Assembly: GCA_014804795.1 (NCBI GenBank)
Contig: JAAUZC010000022.1
Coordinates: forward strand, 2,117 to 66,116
DNA length: 64,000 nt
Direction: 5' to 3'
DNA from: Lachnospiraceae bacterium
GTDB lineage: Bacteria; Bacillota; Clostridia; Lachnospirales; Lachnospiraceae
Positions 57,470-64,000 of this stretch are shown here, in pieces (within the stretch, counting starts at the first letter, position 1; every line of letters begins with the position of its first letter). The notes below the pieces were generated by a model. The model saw nothing but the letters and a program-made list of their open reading frames with translations, searched no databases and was not told where the DNA came from. Made by a program: the position numbers and the translations under genes.

Positions 57470-59557
57470 TTATTCGTTATTTTCAGACATCGCTGCCGCT
57501 CTTGCCGCAACTTCCTTCTCCTGAATATCGGACGGTGCCTGCTCATAGCGGGCAAACTCATAAGCATATACGCCTCTGCCGCCGGTCATGGAACGAAGAT
57601 CTGTGCAGTAACCGTAAAGTCCTGTCATCGGAATATCCGCTTCCACAACAGTCTTTCCGCCGGGAGCCGGATTCATGCCGAGCACACGGCCTCTTCTCTT
57701 ATTCAGATCGCCCATAACGTCACCGGTATAGCTGTCAGGCACTGTTACTTTCAGATTTGCAATAGGCTCCATCAGCACAGGGCTTGCATCCATAAAGCCT
57801 TTCTTAAATGCCTGGCTTGCTGCCGTCTTAAATGCCATTTCGGAGGAGTCTACCGGATGATAGGAACCATCGTATAAAACAGCTTTTACACCCACTACAG
57901 GATAACCGGCCAGAGGTCCTCTCTGTACGGAATCCGCGATACCTTTTTCTACAGCAGGGAAATAGTTCTTCGGCACAGCGCCGCCTACAACTTCCTGCTC
58001 GAATACATAAGTTGACTCCAGATCGCCGGAGGGCTCAAAACGCATCTTAACATGACCATACTGACCATGTCCGCCGGACTGCTTTTTATATTTATATTCC
58101 ACATCGGATTTCTTACGTATTGTCTCACGGAAGGCAACTTTCGGCTCCGCCATCTCGATTTCAACTTTGTACTCATTTTTCAGTCTGCTTGCTACTACAT
58201 CCAGATGCAGATCGCCCATACCGTAAAGCAGTGTCTGTCTGTTTTCGGAATCATTCACTACCTTTAAAGTCAGGTCTTCATGCATGATCTTCTGCAGAGA
58301 CTGAGAAATCTTATCAATATCGCCCTTATTTACAGCATTGTAACGCTTATATGTATAAGGAACGGAAATTTCAGGCTTGCCGTATTTGATCACATGCTGT
58401 TTTGTGGACAGGGAATCACCTGTTCTAGCTGCTGTCAGTTTCGAGATCGCACCGATATCTCCGGCATGCAGTTCCGGTACTTCAATCGCCTTATTTCCCT
58501 GCATTACGTAGAGTTTGCCCGCTTTCATTTCCACATCTTTATCTACGTTGTAGATCATGTCATCCGGTTTCAGGACGCCGGAATTTACCTTGATCAGTGA
58601 ATATTTACCGATAAACGGATCCACGATCGTCTTCCAGACCACTGCAGATTTTGCTTTCGAGAAGTCGTAATTTGCTTCAAAAATCTCATTGGTCTTCATA
58701 TCCACGCCGGCACATTTCCTGTTTTCCGGGCTCGGGAAATATTTCAGAATATCATCAAGCAGTGTGTAAACACCCTGACAAAGCACGTTGGAACCCATTG
58801 TAACAGGAACCACACTGCCGTCCATTACGCTGACACGCAGTGCCGCACGTATTTCAGATTCAGAAAAAGTTTCGCCGCCGAAATAGCGCTCCATAAACTC
58901 TTCTGAAGTCTCCGCTACGGTCTCCAATAAAGTGTCACGGCAGATCTGCAGGTTGTCCTTGCTGTAATCCGGTACATCACAGGGAACAACATCTTTTCCC
59001 TGCCACTTATTACCCGTTTCCGTAATGACATTGATATAGCCCACAAATTTCTCATTTTCCCTGATCGGCAGATGGAACGGCGCAATTTTCTTGCCGTAGC
59101 GCTCTGTCAGATCTTCCACTACCTGGCGGAAAGAAGCATTGTCAATATCCATATCATCCACATAGAATATTCTCGGCAGATTATACTTTTCGCAAAGCTC
59201 CCACGCTTTTTCCGTACCTACTTCCACGCCGGCCTTACCGGACACTACGATAACTGCTGCGCCTGCAGCGCTCATTGCTTCTTCCACTTCGCCCACGAAA
59301 TCGAAAAATCCCGGTGTATCAAGTACATTAATTTTATAGCCTTCCCATTCCACAGGTATCAGAGTCGTATTTGTGGAAATGCCTCTTGCCTGTTCCTCTT
59401 TACCGTAATCGCTTATTGTATTCTTATCGGATACTTTGCCCATCCTGGATGTAATTCCGGACAAGTAAGCCATCGCTTCTGCCAGTGATGTTTTTCCGCA
59501 GCCGCCATGCCCCAGTAATACAACGTTTCTAATCTTGTCGGTTGTGTAAACTTTCAT
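57470..59557 (-). CDS. Elongation factor G paralog (EF-G2/FusA2-like)
   Basis: GHGGCGKT, RGIST, DTPGFFDF, GMGDLHL, KKQSGGHGQYG, YHPVDSSEMAF; not in a str operon; start refined to ATG 59557. Confidence 0.9.
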   Translation of the reverse strand: MKVYTTDKIRNVVLLGHGGCGKTSLAEAMAYLSGITSRMGKVSDKNTISDYGKEEQARGISTNTTLIPVEWEGYKINVLDTPGFFDFVGEVEEAMSAAGAAVIVVSGKAGVEVGTEKAWELCEKYNLPRIFYVDDMDIDNASFRQVVEDLTERYGKKIAPFHLPIRENEKFVGYINVITETGNKWQGKDVVPCDVPDYSKDNLQICRDTLLETVAETSEEFMERYFGGETFSESEIRAALRVSVMDGSVVPVTMGSNVLCQGVYTLLDDILKYFPSPENRKCAGVDMKTNEIFEANYDFSKAKSAVVWKTIVDPFIGKYSLIKVNSGVLKPDDMIYNVDKDVEMKAGKLYVMQGNKAIEVPELHAGDIGAISKLTAARTGDSLSTKQHVIKYGKPEISVPYTYKRYNAVNKGDIDKISQSLQKIMHEDLTLKVVNDSENRQTLLYGMGDLHLDVVASRLKNEYKVEIEMAEPKVAFRETIRKKSDVEYKYKKQSGGHGQYGHVKMRFEPSGDLESTYVFEQEVVGGAVPKNYFPAVEKGIADSVQRGPLAGYPVVGVKAVLYDGSYHPVDSSEMAFKTAASQAFKKGFMDASPVLMEPIANLKVTVPDSYTGDVMGDLNKRRGRVLGMNPAPGGKTVVEADIPMTGLYGYCTDLRSMTGGRGVYAYEFARYEQAPSDIQEKEVAARAAAMSENNE

Positions 59558-59751
59558 GTAAATTCCTCCAATGCTGGTAATTTTACAGGCATTATGCACA
59601 GAAAATTCTGAACGTTGTTTTTTCTGCAAAACACCCATGTGAATATTCTACTAAAGATTTTATCATTTTACAAGAGCGATTATCCATTTTTACCAGATTT
59701 TTAGAATTTTTATGATCGCGCAGAACACAGGCAGACAGCGGATATCCTTAT

Positions 59752-59780
59752 TTGACATCTCCTGTAAAAAAATCTATAAT
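59752..59780 (+). promoter_or_regulatory. Consensus sigma-A promoter of tyrA-aroA
   Basis: TTGACA-17-TATAAT, perfect match. Confidence 0.85.
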
Positions 59781-59838
59781 TCAATAGGTTATATTTATCG
59801 GATTTTTGTTATTCATTTTTCTATAAAAAGAGGTTTTT

Positions 59839-60954
59839 ATGATTTCTATGGATTTTGAGCATATGCATTTCGGTTTTGTCGGACTGGGGCTGATCGGCGG
59901 CTCCATTGCCAGAGCGCTGCGGGAAAAATATCCCGCCTGCACGATCACTGCCTATGATATGGAATTTTCCAATGTGGAAGCGGCAAAAAGGGATGGCGTC
60001 GTAACGATCTGTGCCTATGAGATCGACCGGGTCTTTTCGGCATGTGATCTTATCTTTCTGTGCGCACCGGTTTCCTGTAATAATGAAAATCTTCTTCTGT
60101 TGCAGAAAATGCTCGGAAAAGATACGATCCTGACTGATGTGGGCAGTGTCAAAGGCGACATTTATGAGCATATTAAAGCTGCCGGACTGATGAAACAGTT
60201 TATCGGCGGACATCCCATGGCGGGCAGTGAACGGACGGGGTACTTAAATTCCAAAGCAATGCTTTTGGAAAATGCTTATTATATTTTAACGCCCACAGAA
60301 GAAACGCCCCGGGAAAAAACAGATTCCATGGAAAAACTCGTGAGATCTTTAGGGGCGATCCCGTTAATTTTAAGCGCCGCGGAGCACGATTACGTAACGG
60401 CAGGTATCAGTCATCTGCCTCATGTTATCTCCGCCTCGTTAGTAAATCTTGTCAAAAATAAAGACAATGCCGACGGTATTATGAAACTGATCGCCGCAGG
60501 TGGTTTTAAAGATATTACCCGCATCTCCTCTTCTTCACCTGTGATGTGGGAACATATCTGTATGACAAACAAAGACAATATCCTTTTATTGCTGGACAGT
60601 TATATGGAATCCCTGCAGGATATTAAAAGCTGTATTGAGATGCAGGATGCCCGAAGCACCTATGATTTTTTTGAGTCGGCCCGCAGTTACCGGGAATCTT
60701 TCGTTGATGTCTCCGGCGGTCCTATCAAAAAATCTTACGTTTTCTATGTGGATATACCGGATGAGCCGGGCGCTCTTGCTACGATCGTTACGTTGCTTGC
60801 GTTCCAGCAGATCAATCTGAAAAATATCGGAATTACCCATAACAGAGAAGTGGCCGAGGGATCGCTTCTGATCGAGGTCTGGGAGGAAGCAGATATTGCC
60901 AGAGCACAGGATGTATTGTCCGCTAAAGGGTATGTGGTGCGGGTTAAGAAGTGA
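59839..60954 (+). CDS. tyrA: Prephenate dehydrogenase with C-terminal ACT domain
   Basis: VGLGLIGGS, TDVGSVK, GGHPMAGSE, ISHLPH, AGGFKDITRI, DIPDEPGALA. Confidence 0.93.
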   Translation: MISMDFEHMHFGFVGLGLIGGSIARALREKYPACTITAYDMEFSNVEAAKRDGVVTICAYEIDRVFSACDLIFLCAPVSCNNENLLLLQKMLGKDTILTDVGSVKGDIYEHIKAAGLMKQFIGGHPMAGSERTGYLNSKAMLLENAYYILTPTEETPREKTDSMEKLVRSLGAIPLILSAAEHDYVTAGISHLPHVISASLVNLVKNKDNADGIMKLIAAGGFKDITRISSSSPVMWEHICMTNKDNILLLLDSYMESLQDIKSCIEMQDARSTYDFFESARSYRESFVDVSGGPIKKSYVFYVDIPDEPGALATIVTLLAFQQINLKNIGITHNREVAEGSLLIEVWEEADIARAQDVLSAKGYVVRVKK

Positions 60955-60995
60955 AAAATCCGGACCGGCACACAAATTAAGAAAGGCAGAATCAC

Positions 60996-62270
60996 ATGGA
61001 ATTTCAGAGTGTAAAAAAACTCCGGGGCGAGATAACGGTTCCGGGCGACAAATCCATATCGCACCGCGCTGTTATGTTTGGAGCTTTGGCAAAGGGGAAA
61101 ACAGAGATCACGGGGTTTCTTCGCGGGGCGGACTGTCTCTCTACGATCTCCTGTTTCAGACAGCTCGGCATTTCTATAGAAGAAACAACCGATAAAATTA
61201 TTGTGCACGGAAAAGGACTGCATGGTTTGCATGCGCCCGCGGATACATTGGATACCGGCAACAGCGGTACGACCACAAGGTTACTTTCCGGTATTCTGGC
61301 GGGCCAGCACTTTACTTCCGTGTTAAACGGAGATGAATCGATACAAAAACGTCCGATGAGGCGCATTATGACACCACTGTCACAAATGGGGGCCTCCATC
61401 CGCAGTATAAACGAAAATGACTGTGCTCCGCTTCAAATTACAGGCAGCGCCCTTCACGGTATCTCCTATCTGTCTCCCGTAGCTTCCGCCCAGGTAAAAT
61501 CAGCGATTTTACTGGCGGGTCTTTATGCGGACAGTGAAACAAGCGTCACCGAACCGGCCGTCAGCAGAAATCACACTGAGCTGATGCTAAAAAGTTTCGG
61601 AGCCGATATCAGGTCTGAGGGATTGACTGCCACCGTACAGCCGGAGCCTGCCTTATGCGGTATGGACATTCTTGTACCGGGAGACATCTCTTCCGCCGCT
61701 TACTTTATTGCCGCGGGCTGCCTTGTACCGGATGCGGAAATACTGATCCGCAATGTGGGAATCAATCCGACCAGAGACGGTATATTGCAGGTTGTCAGAA
61801 AAATGGGAGCTGACATTACATTGTTAAACGAGAAAAACACCGGCGAACCGGTTGCCGATCTGCTTGTAAAAAGCAGTTCTCTCCACGGCATCACGATCGG
61901 CGGAGATATTATCCCTGCGTTAATTGACGAACTGCCCGTTATCGCTGTTATGGCGGCAGCCGCTGAAGGCATCACTGTCATCAAAGATGCCGCTGAGCTT
62001 AAAGTAAAAGAGTCCGATCGAATTGCTGTTATGACCGAAAATCTTTCCGCTATGGGCTGTGACATTACTGCCACTGAGGATGGTATGATCATAAATGGTG
62101 GAAATACACTGCATGGCGCCGTGATAGATTCTCATCTTGATCATCGTATCGCCATGAGCTTCGCTATAGCCGCCATGATCGCTGATGGAAAAACAGAGAT
62201 AAAAGATGCTGACTGCGTAAGGATCAGCTATCCGAATTTTTATGAAGATCTGGAACGATTGTGCTGTTAG
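60996..62270 (+). CDS. aroA: 3-phosphoshikimate 1-carboxyvinyltransferase (EPSP synthase, class II)
   Basis: VPGDKSISHR, GNSGTT, ASAQVKS, PGDISSA, ELKVKESDRI, DHRIAMS. Confidence 0.97.
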   Translation: MEFQSVKKLRGEITVPGDKSISHRAVMFGALAKGKTEITGFLRGADCLSTISCFRQLGISIEETTDKIIVHGKGLHGLHAPADTLDTGNSGTTTRLLSGILAGQHFTSVLNGDESIQKRPMRRIMTPLSQMGASIRSINENDCAPLQITGSALHGISYLSPVASAQVKSAILLAGLYADSETSVTEPAVSRNHTELMLKSFGADIRSEGLTATVQPEPALCGMDILVPGDISSAAYFIAAGCLVPDAEILIRNVGINPTRDGILQVVRKMGADITLLNEKNTGEPVADLLVKSSSLHGITIGGDIIPALIDELPVIAVMAAAAEGITVIKDAAELKVKESDRIAVMTENLSAMGCDITATEDGMIINGGNTLHGAVIDSHLDHRIAMSFAIAAMIADGKTEIKDADCVRISYPNFYEDLERLCC

Positions 62271-62324
62271 AATGTATGGAAACTTCGATTGAACAGAATA
62301 ATTTCTTATGCGGGCGCACAACAT

Positions 62325-62360
62325 AAAACAGCAGCTTCTCCACTATGAAGCTGCTGTTTT
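62325..62360. terminator. Probable bidirectional terminator
   Basis: AAAACAGCAGCTTC / GAAGCTGCTGTTTT perfect 14-bp inverted repeat between convergent genes. Confidence 0.85.
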
Positions 62361-62385
62361 GCTTTCCTGCTTTCCACTGTAAACT

Positions 62386-62742
62386 TTACTGATTATCTTT
62401 CTGTTTTTCCAGCTCTTCATTTATAGTATCATAGATGCTGATTCGGGAAGCGTCCATACCGGGCATGCCTACAAAAGTAGCGCCATAGTTAAAGGTATCC
62501 CCCTGCTTTTCAATACGGACAATCTCTATAAATGTGTGAAGCACTTCTTTTGTCCAGATGGTCAGGTATGCTTCATATATCGTCCCGATTGAAAGCGGCA
62601 GACTGCAATTAAAGCCAACTCCTGTTTTGCTGGCATCTACGATATCAATGATCGCTTCATGCTGCTCCCCCGGATTATTTAACGATTTTATAATGATCTT
62701 TGATTCCAACTCCAGCCGTTTGTTCTTTCTGCGTTCCTGCAT
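62386..62742 (-). CDS. Stand-alone PilZ domain protein
   Basis: RRKNKR (RxxxR) and DASKTG (D/NxSxxG) c-di-GMP-binding motifs; start refined to ATG 62742. Confidence 0.82.
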   Translation of the reverse strand: MQERRKNKRLELESKIIIKSLNNPGEQHEAIIDIVDASKTGVGFNCSLPLSIGTIYEAYLTIWTKEVLHTFIEIVRIEKQGDTFNYGATFVGMPGMDASRISIYDTINEELEKQKDNQ

Positions 62743-62828
62743 AATGTTACTCCTTCTTCCATGTAAGTATGAATTACTGATTTCATTATAGGCTTTCCCA
62801 ATGCGAAAATCAAGTGATTTTCGCACAT

Positions 62829-63464
62829 TCACACACCCACTTTTTTGCAGATATCCTGTAAGCAGCATTTATCGCAGTAAGGATGTGTTCTCGCAGTACA
62901 CACAGCCCTTCCGTGATCCACCAGGCGATGGCAGAAATCATTGCCTTCCTCAGGCGGAACGATCTTCCAAAGCTCTTTTTCCACTTTAGCTGGTTCCTTT
63001 ATTCCATCCACCAACCCCATGCGGTTCACCAGCCGGATACAGTGTGTATCCGTCACAATGGCAGGTTTACCGAACACATCCCCCATGATCAGGTTTGCAC
63101 TTTTCCTGCCCACTCCCGGCAGAGCCAGAAGCTTATCAAAATCATCCGGCACCTTTCCGTCATACTCATCCCGCAGCATCTTCATACAGGCATTGATATC
63201 CCTGGCCTTACTCTTCCCCAGACCGCAGGGATGCACGATTTTTTCTATTTCCTCCGCGGAAGCCTCCGCCAGTGCATTGACATCCGGAAATACCTTATAA
63301 AGTTCCTCCACCACCACATTCACTCTGGCATCCGTACACTGCGCCGCCAGACGCACGCTGACAAGCAGCTTCCATGCCTGATCATAATCCAATGTGCAGT
63401 CCGAGTCAGGATATTCCTTTTTTAATCTCTCAATAATTTCCAAAGTGCGTTGTTTTTTTGTCAT
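62829..63464 (-). CDS. nth: Endonuclease III
   Basis: LAAQCTD, HhH LPGVGRKSAN, VTDTH, C-x6-C-x2-C-x5-C-like 4Fe-4S cluster motif. Confidence 0.95.
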   Translation of the reverse strand: MTKKQRTLEIIERLKKEYPDSDCTLDYDQAWKLLVSVRLAAQCTDARVNVVVEELYKVFPDVNALAEASAEEIEKIVHPCGLGKSKARDINACMKMLRDEYDGKVPDDFDKLLALPGVGRKSANLIMGDVFGKPAIVTDTHCIRLVNRMGLVDGIKEPAKVEKELWKIVPPEEGNDFCHRLVDHGRAVCTARTHPYCDKCCLQDICKKVGV

Positions 63465-63475
63465 TTGTATCTCTC

Positions 63476-64000
63476 CTACCGTAGCATTCCGTATTCGCCC
63501 AATTCCTTAAATCCTATCCTGTTGTATATCCTTCCGGCCACCGGATTGTCATAAAACAGACAAATATATTTCTTTCCCCGCTCAAAGCAATCCTGACACA
63601 ACGCCCTGACCACTGCGGAAGCGTAACCTTTTCCTCTATGTTCTTTTACAGTGGCAACCCCTACGACCATTGCGCTCTCCGAATTTTCCGCACTGGTGGA
63701 AGCAACGGATATCATGCTTCCGTTTAAAAATCCGCCCACGGCTGCCTTGCTGCCCTGCGCCATCTCTTCTTCCATCCTCCGAATCTGCTCCTTACGCTCC
63801 TTTTTCTTGTAAGTCTTGGCAAATTCCTCAATATCTGACAAAAGATCGATCGCTTCCGCCACATCCTCTCTTTCCAGCCGGCGGATCACAAGGCCATCCG
63901 GTTCCCCGGAACTGCTTTCCGCACCATCTTCTATATCATTACAACGGCTCATATAAGTGGAATCGATTTTCCACTGTGGAAACGCCGCCGCAATTCTTTC
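63476..64000 (-). CDS. GNAT family N-acetyltransferase (5' end outside window)
   Basis: VGVATVKEHRGKGYAS, LFYDNPVAGRIYNRIGF; frame stays open from 63952 to the window edge. Confidence 0.88.
   Translation of the reverse strand, partial: ERIAAAFPQWKIDSTYMSRCNDIEDGAESSSGEPDGLVIRRLEREDVAEAIDLLSDIEEFAKTYKKKERKEQIRRMEEEMAQGSKAAVGGFLNGSMISVASTSAENSESAMVVGVATVKEHRGKGYASAVVRALCQDCFERGKKYICLFYDNPVAGRIYNRIGFKELGEYGMLR

Noticed and set aside
57275-57470. T-box riboswitch upstream of leuS (and of gltX)
   Set aside because: The predicted promoters are about 60 nt from the start codons, leaving no room, and no AAGGTGGTACC-like T-box is present.
705-63425. Numerous 60-240 aa ORFs antisense or out-of-frame to well-supported genes (e.g. 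1049-1777, 11877-12593, 16330-17100, 17452-18102, 50355-51182, 55178-55858)
   Set aside because: Shadow ORFs: fully overlapped by motif-bearing genes, with atypical composition and no SD or domain motifs.

Overview
Chromosomal backbone segment of a spore-forming Clostridia bacterium, most likely Lachnospiraceae (inferred from gene content: class B sortase, Re-citrate synthase, DUF1292, DUF6020, Rpn-type nuclease remnants). Housekeeping genes include gltX, leuS, a UvrD/PcrA helicase, tRNA-Leu(CAA), rex-nnr-alr, icd, tyrA-aroA, nth, yebC, an ABC-F protein and an EF-G paralog. Accessory loci are a BlaI/BlaR1-like pair with its own palindromic operators, a sortase B plus 1709-aa LRR surface protein locus, and an 11.7-kb GH29 fucosidase/ABC/sensor cassette bounded by ~95% identical 326-bp direct repeats of an Rpn (PD-(D/E)XK) gene 3' end. 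There are also putative sporulation genes (tepA, an 11-Cys small protein, an antitoxin-less mazF). The strongest unexplained signal is non-coding: two copies of a ~135-nt four-stem structured element (19096-19227 and 26724-26861, minus strand). The copies show compensatory base changes. Each lies directly behind an unrelated sigma-A promoter whose predicted +1 falls on the same conserved G, and each leads into a different gene. This points to a multi-copy 5' leader RNA. Two further small intergenic repeat or palindrome families are present. No CRISPR array, prophage or intact IS element was seen. Product names come from motif recognition by eye, not database searches.
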